DNA from: Acidobacteriota bacterium
GTDB lineage: Bacteria > Acidobacteriota > UBA890 > WLXD01
Length of the DNA stretch: 64,000 nucleotides
Direction: 5' to 3'
Assembly (NCBI GenBank): GCA_965205505.1
Contig: CBDBHB010000009.1
Coordinates: forward strand, 1,984,001 to 2,048,000
The notes under the pieces were generated by a model, which did no database searches, was not told the DNA's origin, and saw only the letters and a list, made by a program, of their open reading frames with translations. A program made the position numbers and the translations under genes. This document shows, one piece after another, positions 20,913 through 29,803 of the stretch. Each line of letters begins with the position of its first letter. The stretch's first letter is position 1.

Positions 20913-22268
20913 ATGACGAGAAGCGGATGGTTCGGTTGGCCTCGGAGACTCGGCGGCATCCTTGCCGCCTTGCTGGTCGCGGCAGCGGCGGCTGAATCGC
21001 CGACCGATGCTGGGCAGGGCGTCGATGTCGCCTCGGAGATCTGGCAGGGCGACTTGGTCCACCGCCTGGCCGTCGCGGATCGCCTGGCCGAGTCGGGTTC
21101 TTTTGACGAGATCTTCGCCGCGCTCGAGGCCGGCCCACGCTACCGGAGCCAGGTTGCCCTGGGCCGAGTGCAGGGGAGTCACCGCGTTGGCGGCCTCGAG
21201 CACCCCTACTTGGTGCTGGTGCCGGATGGTTACGACCCCGAGTCGCGCTACCCGGCACGTGTCTATCTGCACGGCGGTGTTGCGCGACGCGAGCTGCCGA
21301 CCAACGGTGACTGGTGGCGTGACCCAGACCGCCTGGCGAGCGACTACCACATTGCCGTGTTTCCCGCCGCTTGGGACGAGTCCAAGTGGTGGCAAGAAAG
21401 CCAGCGTGCCGCCCTTGCGGGAGTGCTGGAGCGTTTGAAGCTGATCTACAACGTCGACGAGAACCGCGTGCACGTGCTGGGAGTGTCGGACGGCGCCACC
21501 GGTGCCTGGTATCTGGCCTTTCGCGACCCGACACCGTGGGCCGGCTTTGTGCCAATGATCGGCCACCCGGCGGTACTAGCCAGCCCACGGGTAGATGTGG
21601 ACGGCCAGATGCACGTAGTGAACCTCCGCGGCCGTTCATTTCTGGTGTTCAACGGCGAGACGGACGCACTCTACCCGGCGCGCAGCGTCCGTCCTTACAT
21701 CGAGCTGTTTCGCGATGCGGAGGTGGCGGTGGAGTTCATCGAGATCGCTGGCGAAGGGCACACGGTGAGGTGGTGGCCCGAACATGCCGAGCGTATCGAC
21801 GCTTTCGTGGCGTCGACGCCGCGCGATCCGTTGCCGAGCCGCGTCAGCTGGGAAACCGACGACGTCGGCAGCTTCAATCGCCTGCATTGGCTGGTAATCG
21901 ATGAGCTGGGCCCCGCCGCAGGCGACGCCGAATTGCCCGACATCGAGCGCCACTTGCCGGGTGCGACCGGTCTCCTGGTCGGCTTTCCGCGGCATGCGCC
22001 GAGCGGTCGCGTCGAAGTGACAGCTGAGGGCAACGAAATCGAGATCCGCTCGCGCGGCGTGCGTCGTCTGCGCCTGCTGCTGTCACCACGCCAGTTCAAC
22101 TTGTCGCGGCCGCTGCGTGTTTTGGTCAATGGGGTGGAGCGACACCTCGGCGTCGTGACTCCAGACCGCGGCACGCTGTTGCGCTGGGCGGCCCGTGATC
22201 TAGACCGTTCGATGCTCTTCGCCGCGGAGCTGGAGATCCGGATTCCCGCTGCCAGCGGTCCGTGGTGA
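20913..22268 (+). CDS. Secreted alpha/beta hydrolase (esterase/PHB depolymerase-like)
   Basis: VYLHGG, YNVDENRV, GVSDGA nucleophile elbow, then Asp (GETD) and His (GEGH). Confidence 0.75.
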   Translation: MTRSGWFGWPRRLGGILAALLVAAAAAESPTDAGQGVDVASEIWQGDLVHRLAVADRLAESGSFDEIFAALEAGPRYRSQVALGRVQGSHRVGGLEHPYLVLVPDGYDPESRYPARVYLHGGVARRELPTNGDWWRDPDRLASDYHIAVFPAAWDESKWWQESQRAALAGVLERLKLIYNVDENRVHVLGVSDGATGAWYLAFRDPTPWAGFVPMIGHPAVLASPRVDVDGQMHVVNLRGRSFLVFNGETDALYPARSVRPYIELFRDAEVAVEFIEIAGEGHTVRWWPEHAERIDAFVASTPRDPLPSRVSWETDDVGSFNRLHWLVIDELGPAAGDAELPDIERHLPGATGLLVGFPRHAPSGRVEVTAEGNEIEIRSRGVRRLRLLLSPRQFNLSRPLRVLVNGVERHLGVVTPDRGTLLRWAARDLDRSMLFAAELEIRIPAASGPW

Positions 22269-22438
22269 CGCTCTCCGCGTGTCCGTTGTCCGGTTCCTGT
22301 AGTCTGGCCAGGGTTGACTGCTGATTTCTACGCCATCCTCGTCGCGCCCTGAGCTTGCCCCCATCTCGACCTAGCAACATGCAACGAACCTCTGTTACAG
22401 GACACTAGTGCGAAGGCACCTCAGATAGAGAAGCAAGC

Positions 22439-23518
22439 ATGCCGCTGGTCGCCCATTCTCAGCTGCCGAGTTTTGATCGGTTGCGAGCGCGAGGACAGGA
22501 GGTTCTCAGCCTCGAGCGGGCGCTGTCCCAAGACATACGGGAGCTTCATGTTGGTCTGTTGAACATGATGCCCGATGCCGCTCTGAGGATCACCGAGCAG
22601 CAGTACATGCGGCTCATCGGTAGCTGCAATAAGATTGCGCAGTTCTACGTCTATCCCTTCTCGGTTTCTGGTTTGCCGCGTAGCGCCGAGGCCGAGGCCT
22701 ACATAGATAGTCACTACGCCAGCTTCGACAAGCTACGCGACGCGGGCCTCGATGCCCTCATTATCTCGGGGGCCAACGTCACCAATCCTTCGATTCAACT
22801 GGAGCCGTTCTGGGAACCGTTGAAGGACGTCATAGCTTGGGCCGCGGAGAACGTGACCAGCGTGCTGTGTTCATGCTTGTCTACCCATGCACTGGTCAAA
22901 CATCTGTACCAGATCGACCGCCATCGGTTGCCGTGCAAACGTTGGGGGGTGTACAGCCATCAAGTGCTGGATAGACATCATCCGCTCATGCAAGACATCA
23001 ACACCCGCTTTGATGTGCCCCACTCTCGCTGGAACGAGGTGCGGCGCGACGAGCTGGAAGCGGCGGGTCTGAAGACCCTGGTGCAAAGCGAGGTAGCAGG
23101 GGTGCACATGGCAGCCAGCCCGGACCAATTTCGCATTGTCTACATGCAGGGGCATCCCGAGTACGATTCCAACAGTCTGCTCAAGGAATACAAGCGTGAG
23201 GTACTGCGATTCCTCAACGACGAGATCGACGGTCCGCCTCCATATCCGGAGAACTACTTCAACGCCGCCGCCATCGATATTGCCGAGGCCTATCTGCACG
23301 CCGCGAGGCAAGCCAAGAGCACCGGGAACGCCGTTCCCGAGTTTCCGGAGGCGGAGCTTGCGCCCCATTTAGACAACACCTGGAACGACACCGGCAAAGC
23401 CATTTTCAACAACTGGCTCGGACTTGTATACCAGTACACCGACCACGACCGTCATCGGCCGTTCGCCTCGGGGGTAGACCCGGAGGACCCGCTCGGCCTT
23501 GGGCACCGGTCCCGTTGA
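22439..23518 (+). CDS. metA: Homoserine O-succinyl/acetyltransferase
   Basis: GLLNMMPD, DALIISGAN, catalytic Cys in CSCL, PHSRWN and QGHPEYD. Confidence 0.93.
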   Translation: MPLVAHSQLPSFDRLRARGQEVLSLERALSQDIRELHVGLLNMMPDAALRITEQQYMRLIGSCNKIAQFYVYPFSVSGLPRSAEAEAYIDSHYASFDKLRDAGLDALIISGANVTNPSIQLEPFWEPLKDVIAWAAENVTSVLCSCLSTHALVKHLYQIDRHRLPCKRWGVYSHQVLDRHHPLMQDINTRFDVPHSRWNEVRRDELEAAGLKTLVQSEVAGVHMAASPDQFRIVYMQGHPEYDSNSLLKEYKREVLRFLNDEIDGPPPYPENYFNAAAIDIAEAYLHAARQAKSTGNAVPEFPEAELAPHLDNTWNDTGKAIFNNWLGLVYQYTDHDRHRPFASGVDPEDPLGLGHRSR

Positions 23519-23588
23519 CTCGCCAATCCAGGCACGATTTCGCTATCGGCGACGATACGGACACCCGATAAGGGAGAGGAAGATTCAT

Positions 23589-24860
23589 ATGAAGGACGAA
23601 ACGCTGGCCATACACGCCGGTTATACAACCGACCCGACAACCAAAGCAGTGGCGGTGCCGATCTATCAAACCGTGGCCTACGAGTTCGACAATGCGCAGC
23701 ACGGGGCCGATCTCTTCAATCTCGCCGTCCCGGGCAACATCTACACCCGCATCATGAATCCCACGGCAGACGTGCTCGAACAACGCGTTGCGGCACTGGA
23801 GGGCGGCGTCGCGGGTTTGGCCTTGAGCTCCGGTCAGGCTGCTGTCAACTATTCGATTCTCAACATTGCCGAAGTCGGTAACAACGTGGTCTCCGTGCCT
23901 CTGCTCTACGGCGGTAGCTACACGCTATTTGCCCATATGTTGCCCAAGCAAGGCATCGAGGTGCGCTTTGCGGAAGACGATAACTCCGCCAATCTGGAAA
24001 AGCTGATCGACGACAAGACGGTTGCGGTTTTTGCGGAGACCATCGGTAATCCCGCTGGCAATATTGCCGACATCGAAGCGATCTCGATGATGGCGCATGA
24101 ACACGGTATCCCCGTCATCGTCGACAACACGGTGGCTCCGCCGCCGCTGCTCAAGCCGATCGACTACGGCGTCGACATTGTGGTGCACTCGCTGACCAAA
24201 TACATGGGCGGACACGGCAACTCGCTTGGCGGCATGATCGTGGATAGTGGGAACTTTCCGTGGGCCGACAATGCCGACAAGTTCCCGGGCCTCACCCAGC
24301 CTGAGCCCTCCTACCACGGTGTGGTCTACACCGATGCGCTAGGCCCGGCTGCGTATATCGGACGGGCGCGAACCGTGCCGCTGCGCAATACTGGCTCGGC
24401 CATCAGCCCGCTCAACGCGTTCCTGATCTTGCAGGGCATCGAGACGCTGCCGCTACGTATGGAGCGGCATGTTGACAATGCGCTGGCGGTAGCGAAGTTT
24501 CTGCAAGGACACGCCAAGGTGGATTGGGTGCACTATGCGGGATTGCCGGACTCGAAGTATTACGACCTGGCAAAGAAGTACACCAACGGCCGTCCATCCG
24601 CCCTGTTGAGCTTCGGGGCCAAGGGGGGATTCGACGCCGGGGTGAAATTCTACGACGCGCTCGAGTTGTTCAAACGGCTGGTGAACATCGGCGATGCCAA
24701 ATCACTCGCCGCCCACCCGGCGTCTACCACCCACCGGCAGCTGAGCGAAACCGAGCTGACGGCCGCGGGCGTGACCCCGGACATGATCCGGCTGTGCGTG
24801 GGGATCGAGCATATCGACGATATTCTCAGCGACCTGGATCAAGCCCTGTCTGTGTCATAG
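23589..24860 (+). CDS. metY: O-acetylhomoserine aminocarboxypropyltransferase (sulfhydrylase)
   Basis: AVPIYQT, GNIYTRIMNPT, HSLTKY (PLP Lys), NIGDAKSL and HPASTTHRQL; GGAG RBS. Confidence 0.93.
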   Translation: MKDETLAIHAGYTTDPTTKAVAVPIYQTVAYEFDNAQHGADLFNLAVPGNIYTRIMNPTADVLEQRVAALEGGVAGLALSSGQAAVNYSILNIAEVGNNVVSVPLLYGGSYTLFAHMLPKQGIEVRFAEDDNSANLEKLIDDKTVAVFAETIGNPAGNIADIEAISMMAHEHGIPVIVDNTVAPPPLLKPIDYGVDIVVHSLTKYMGGHGNSLGGMIVDSGNFPWADNADKFPGLTQPEPSYHGVVYTDALGPAAYIGRARTVPLRNTGSAISPLNAFLILQGIETLPLRMERHVDNALAVAKFLQGHAKVDWVHYAGLPDSKYYDLAKKYTNGRPSALLSFGAKGGFDAGVKFYDALELFKRLVNIGDAKSLAAHPASTTHRQLSETELTAAGVTPDMIRLCVGIEHIDDILSDLDQALSVS

Positions 24861-24939
24861 CGTTGTGCCGCGGATGGCGGTCCAGTGACGTCGATCCGTG
24901 GCGCACGTTGAGCTCCACTGCTGACTTGGAAGGTGAGAC

Positions 24940-26412
24940 ATGAAGACGGGAGGGGTGCGCGCGTCCAACATTGCGGGCCTGGTCGTGCTGGTGGTTGCGA
25001 CGGTATCGGGGGTGGATCCGGCGGCTGGACAGTGGGCTCAGGCGCCGCCTCGTGAGGTCGTGATCACCGGCGGCTGGCTGTTCGACGGTATCGGCGATGC
25101 GCGCGTCCGCAACACCGGGATCGTCATCCGGGACGGCAAGTTCATCGAGGTCGGCGCCGACCTCAACGGCCGCTATTTCCCGGCGGCACGGGTGATCGAG
25201 CTCGACGACGGTGCCACCATCTTGCCGGGGATGATCGATCTGCACGCGCACCACAACATGAACATGGTGGGGGTAGGGCGTGCCGAGGAGGTCACCTACA
25301 ACTCGATCATCTTTTTGGCAAACGGTGTGACCGCCACCTGGTCGGCGGGGGAATTCTTTCCCGAGCGCGTCATCGAGGCGCGCGACCGGATTGATCGTGG
25401 CGAAGCGATCGGGGCACGCGTATTCGCGTCCGGGCCGTACTTCGGTGCGTTCCGATGCGAGTACCAAATCCAGACAGCCGAAGATGACTGCCCGGCGTGG
25501 CCGAACGACATCACCGAGCCGGAGATCCGTGCCGAAGTGGACTATTGGGCGCAGCGAGGAGTCACGAGCATCAAGATCAAACAGTCGACTCCGGACGAGA
25601 TGCGCATCCTGATCGACCAGGCGCATCGTCGCGGCATGACGACTACGAGCCATCTCGGCAACTACGCCGGGAGCTACGACGTCGAGCCCGAGGACGCCAT
25701 TGCCATGGGGCTCGACCGAGTCGAGCACTGGATCACGCGCGGACGAGACTCCGATCCGGCCGAACTGGAACGCCTGATCGATCTGTTCTTGGAAGAGCAG
25801 GTCTACTTCGATGCCAACTTGCAGATGTTCGGTGGCAATATGGCCAATCATACGAAGCTGGACATGGTGTGGGTCGACGAGTTCAAGTTCTTCACGCCGT
25901 ATGCGCAGAAACGGATCAGGGAGCGTCTGGCTTCCACCGTCGCGCCGGAAGGCGACTACGTAGAGTCGGCGAGCTTTCGCCAGCGGATGGCCGAGGTTGG
26001 AGCGTTCTTCGAATCGGGTGGCGCCGATCTGATCATCGTCGGCACCGACGAGCCCACTTCAGGGCCCTGGCTCCCAGGCTTCGCCTATCAGCGCGAGTTG
26101 ATGGTCATGGCCTATGCCGGGCTGCCACCGGCGGCGGTGCTGAAGGCCGCCACGATCAACGGCGCTCGGGCGCTGGGGGTCGTGGATCGCCTCGGCTCGA
26201 TCGAGCCTGGCAAGCTCGCGGATCTTTATGTCGCCGAGGGCAACCCGCTAGAGGACATCTCGACCGCTCGCAACGTCCGCCTGGTGATCAAGGCAGGGGT
26301 GGTGTATGACCCGGCGGCGTTGCTGAGGTCAGCCGAGGGGATGATCGGGCCATCCGGGCCCGACGATCACGATGCCTGGGAACTGAAGATTCGACCGCTC
26401 ACCAGACAGTAG
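24940..26412 (+). CDS. Amidohydrolase family protein, secreted
   Basis: PGMIDLHAH, GTD, ATINGARALG and GSIEPGKLADL motifs. Confidence 0.88.
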   Translation: MKTGGVRASNIAGLVVLVVATVSGVDPAAGQWAQAPPREVVITGGWLFDGIGDARVRNTGIVIRDGKFIEVGADLNGRYFPAARVIELDDGATILPGMIDLHAHHNMNMVGVGRAEEVTYNSIIFLANGVTATWSAGEFFPERVIEARDRIDRGEAIGARVFASGPYFGAFRCEYQIQTAEDDCPAWPNDITEPEIRAEVDYWAQRGVTSIKIKQSTPDEMRILIDQAHRRGMTTTSHLGNYAGSYDVEPEDAIAMGLDRVEHWITRGRDSDPAELERLIDLFLEEQVYFDANLQMFGGNMANHTKLDMVWVDEFKFFTPYAQKRIRERLASTVAPEGDYVESASFRQRMAEVGAFFESGGADLIIVGTDEPTSGPWLPGFAYQRELMVMAYAGLPPAAVLKAATINGARALGVVDRLGSIEPGKLADLYVAEGNPLEDISTARNVRLVIKAGVVYDPAALLRSAEGMIGPSGPDDHDAWELKIRPLTRQ

Positions 26413-26429
26413 GTCAGGAGGAGGGTCTG

Positions 26430-27401
26430 CTAGCCTCGGTCCGGCATCTCCATGCCGCGCGCGCCGCCTTGCCAAGCGCGGACGCACAGGTATTCGAGGG
26501 CAATCGCCGCCCCCGCGAGTGACGTGATTTGGGCATGATCGTACGGCGGCGAGACCTCGACGAGGTCCATGCCGACATAGTCGATCTCCGTCAGCTTTCG
26601 CAGGATAGACAACGCCTGATGCGTGGTCAGGCCGCCAGGTACAGGAGTGCCGGTGCCGGGCGCGAAGGCCGGATCGAGGCAGTCGATGTCAAAGGTCAGA
26701 TATGCCTTGCGATCGCCGACCGTGCGCCGGATCTCCGCGGCGATCTGCTCGGCCGAGGAAGCGTGGACCTCGTCGACGTACACGACCCGCATGCCGAATG
26801 CTCGCTCGCCTGTGTAGTTGGTGCGGATGCCGATCTGAACCGACCCTTCCGGATCGATGACGCCGTCCTCAATAGCCTGGCCAAACATGGTTCCGTGGTC
26901 GATGCGGCCGTGGCCGCCGGGTTCGACGTCTCGGTGCGCATCGAACTGAATCAGCGATAGCGGTCCATATACCTCGGCGTAGGCTCGTAGGATCGGATAG
27001 GTGACGTAGTGATCGCCGCCGATCGCCAACGACGATGCACCGCCGGTGATGATTTCGGCGATGTGTGTCTCGATCGCCCCCGGCGCCCCCGTCAGGCTAC
27101 CGTAGTCGAGTATGCAATCCCCGTAGTCGGTGACCGCCAAGGTATCGAACGGGTCGAACATCCATGGCCATTGGGGCCCCCAGGCGTAGTTCGCCGCCGC
27201 TTGCCTCACCCCCTGAGGCCCGAGGCGCGTGCCGGGGCGGTTGCTGGTCGCCTGGTCGAATGGGATGCCGGTGACCGCGATGTCGACCCCGGCCAGGTCA
27301 CGAGTGTACTTGCGCCGCATGAACGACAGCGCGCCGGCGTACGTCGACTCGATTTCGCTGCCCTTGAGACGTTCGCGCCGAAACGCGGCGTCGCCCGTCA
27401 C
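26430..27401 (-). CDS. speB: Agmatinase (ureohydrolase)
   Basis: GGDHYVT, DAHRD, DIDCLDPAFAPGTGTP and DLVEVSP motifs. GTG start overlaps the upstream stop. Confidence 0.88.
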   Translation of the reverse strand: MTGDAAFRRERLKGSEIESTYAGALSFMRRKYTRDLAGVDIAVTGIPFDQATSNRPGTRLGPQGVRQAAANYAWGPQWPWMFDPFDTLAVTDYGDCILDYGSLTGAPGAIETHIAEIITGGASSLAIGGDHYVTYPILRAYAEVYGPLSLIQFDAHRDVEPGGHGRIDHGTMFGQAIEDGVIDPEGSVQIGIRTNYTGERAFGMRVVYVDEVHASSAEQIAAEIRRTVGDRKAYLTFDIDCLDPAFAPGTGTPVPGGLTTHQALSILRKLTEIDYVGMDLVEVSPPYDHAQITSLAGAAIALEYLCVRAWQGGARGMEMPDRG

Positions 27402-27947
27402 TTGAGTTGCACGAGCTGCTCCGGATCTACCCGTACCACCAGGTAGGTAATGTCCGTCTGCAGCTCGCTGAACCCGTGCGGTACACCGGCCGGGATGATG
27501 ACCATGTCGCCGGCCGTGACCTGCCGGCTTTCGCCGCCTTGAATCCCGCTGCCGTAGGAGCTCGGGCCGGTCAGCTGCTTGACGACGTCGCCGTCGGGGG
27601 GGGAGACGCCGGCTGTCGATCAGCTCGCCACCCGTTATCAGCGTCCCCGAGCCCGCCAGGACCCGGTAGATCTCGGTTTGCTTGTCGTGCTCGATCGCAC
27701 CGCCGGGCGCCGACGCGGGCCGCTGCACGACGCCGATACCGACGTTGTACCCACCCGCGTCCACCATGCGGAACTGCACATCGCTAACGCGATCTTCTGG
27801 AGCCGCGTCGATCACAGCTCGAATTTCGGCATGGGTTACCACCGTGGCGGAAGCGACATCGGCGCCGCTCTGCGGGAGTGTGCCCGCGTTCGCGCTAGCT
27901 AGCTGGAGCGCGATGACGATTCCCAGGCCGGCGATCGTGTTGCTCAT
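27398..27947 (-). CDS. Secreted cupin-domain protein, frameshifted in a G8/C8 run (27596-27603)
   Basis: EHDKQTEIYRVLAGSGTLITGG continues in another frame as GDMVIIPAGVPHGF. Confidence 0.75.
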
Positions 27948-27969
27948 GAAACCCTCCGTTGGCAGGCAC

Positions 27970-29469
27970 CTACTGGAAGACCCAGGGGCCCAGCGGCACG
28001 TCGTTCGTGCAGCTGTCGTCGACAACAGCGTGGGGGTCTTCGAGGAAGGCCGCGATCATCGTCGTGCGGCAGGGCCCCGGGATCCCGTGTCCAAGCGCCT
28101 GGAACTCCACGAGCTGCAGGTTGGGCATGGTCCTGGCCACGTAGTGCCCCCAACGGATGCCGCAACACGAGTCGACCTGGCCGTGTAGCGACAATCCCGG
28201 AACATCGGAGTGGAAGCGATCGTTGTGTTCGGGCGGAACGGCCCCGTCAACGCCCCACCAGGCGCAGATCTTGATGTCTTCGAAACCAAGCAAGGCCGGC
28301 TCGCGCTCGAGCATGGCGCGAACGTCGTCCTTCGAGGGGCGGTTGGTTCCCAGGTCGCCACAGATATGCGCCAGGTAGTAACCGTAGGGAAGAATGCCGG
28401 AAGTGTCGTCGCCCGACACCTCGACCCACTGATCCGTTCCGAAGAAGTCGTCGAGGGCCGAGTAGTCATCGCGCTGGATCCTCGAGAGGACGTTCGGCAA
28501 CCTCGCGTAGATGTTCTCGAAGTCGCGGTAGATCTTGCCCATGAGCGCGACGCCGTCGAAAGACAATGTACGCTGCTCGCCGCTGGCAGTCTCGACGATG
28601 CTCGAGAAGGGCTTCTCGTCGAGGGCGCGCCGGGCGCGATCGATAGCGTAGTACCAGGCGGGCAGCAGCTCTCGGCAGTGCGGATCCTCGGCCACACAGA
28701 GTCCCAGGATGTCCGTGTACTTCTGCTTCAGGGTGTAGAACTCGTCGATCGCGGCGCGATTGCGGTACTCGCCGAACCACGGCGCGCCGAGGACCATGGA
28801 GCGCACGTTTTCCTGGTAGTAGCGCAAGTACGAGATCGCGCCGCCGCCGCCGGTCGACCAGCCGAGGATGTTGATCTTGTCGTACCCGAGCAGGGCACGA
28901 ATCTCGTCGACGTCGCGGGCCACGTCGTACTCATTGTAGTGAGCAACGTCGATGCCCTCGCTGACCAGCTTCTCGTAGCAGCGCTCAACGGATTCTGCGT
29001 GAATGCGCAGCCGCTCCCAGGTGTCGGTGGACGACACGATCGCCGGCGACAGCTGGTTGAACCACGGAGCGAGCTGGCTCCCGGGGCACTCCAGGTGGGG
29101 CTTGGCGTTGACGAACCCGCGATGATCAATGAGGACGACGGCGCGATCAGCGCTTACGTCGCGCAACCAGTCGAAACCGCGTAGCGGTGACCCGCCGGGT
29201 CCTCCGGGAAAGTAGAACAGAGGGTCATCGGACGGTGCGACCCCGCTGTTTGGCGGGATGATCCCCACGGGTAGCTCGACCACCGTATCGTTGGGGTCGT
29301 CGCGATTCTCCTGTCCGTAGAAGCGGTAACAATCCGCGTCGGCGGCCGCTAGCTCCTGGGTGACGCATTCCTCCGGTTCCAACCGTGGGATCTCGGCCGA
29401 CTCCTGTCCGCTTGCCCAGGCGCCGAGCATGAGGATGAACCCAGCGGCCAATGTCCTTACCGTCGCCAT
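27970..29469 (-). CDS. Secreted alpha/beta hydrolase (TAP-like peptidase)
   Basis: GGPGGS, DHRG, GWSTG and late GH motifs; signal peptide. Confidence 0.8.
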   Translation of the reverse strand: MATVRTLAAGFILMLGAWASGQESAEIPRLEPEECVTQELAAADADCYRFYGQENRDDPNDTVVELPVGIIPPNSGVAPSDDPLFYFPGGPGGSPLRGFDWLRDVSADRAVVLIDHRGFVNAKPHLECPGSQLAPWFNQLSPAIVSSTDTWERLRIHAESVERCYEKLVSEGIDVAHYNEYDVARDVDEIRALLGYDKINILGWSTGGGGAISYLRYYQENVRSMVLGAPWFGEYRNRAAIDEFYTLKQKYTDILGLCVAEDPHCRELLPAWYYAIDRARRALDEKPFSSIVETASGEQRTLSFDGVALMGKIYRDFENIYARLPNVLSRIQRDDYSALDDFFGTDQWVEVSGDDTSGILPYGYYLAHICGDLGTNRPSKDDVRAMLEREPALLGFEDIKICAWWGVDGAVPPEHNDRFHSDVPGLSLHGQVDSCCGIRWGHYVARTMPNLQLVEFQALGHGIPGPCRTTMIAAFLEDPHAVVDDSCTNDVPLGPWVFQ

Positions 29470-29803
29470 CGTTGAAGCTCGGCGCTCGCTCATCCGAAAT
29501 CTCCTGATCCGAGGGGCGTGGACGCGCGACCAGTAGAATGGAGCCCGCGCGCGCCGGACGCAACGACCCGACCAGGATGACGTCAAGAAGGGGCCGCTCC
29601 GGTGGTCACGGAACTCGAGGTTTCGGGCCCTAGCAGGCCCGCGGCGCGTTGTTTGATAGTCTTCTCATTGTCGCGACGAGCATCCCCGGAATGTAGATTA
29701 CGCACTACTCACATCGAGGATGGCCTGGCAGTTGAACCGGCGCGCGGCCGGCAGGTAGGTTTGCGGCGATGTGTGAGGTGCCCTTGGGCGCAGGAGATCT
29801 TCG

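Noticed and set aside
22270-22438. SAM/SAH riboswitch before metA
   Set aside because: Conserved cores of SAM-I, SAM-II or SAH aptamers not recognisable by eye.
26430-28025. 531-aa cupin-agmatinase fusion in the ORF track
   Set aside because: Explained by one extra base in a G run; the cupin C-terminus and stop are intact in another frame and agmatinase has its own overlapping start.
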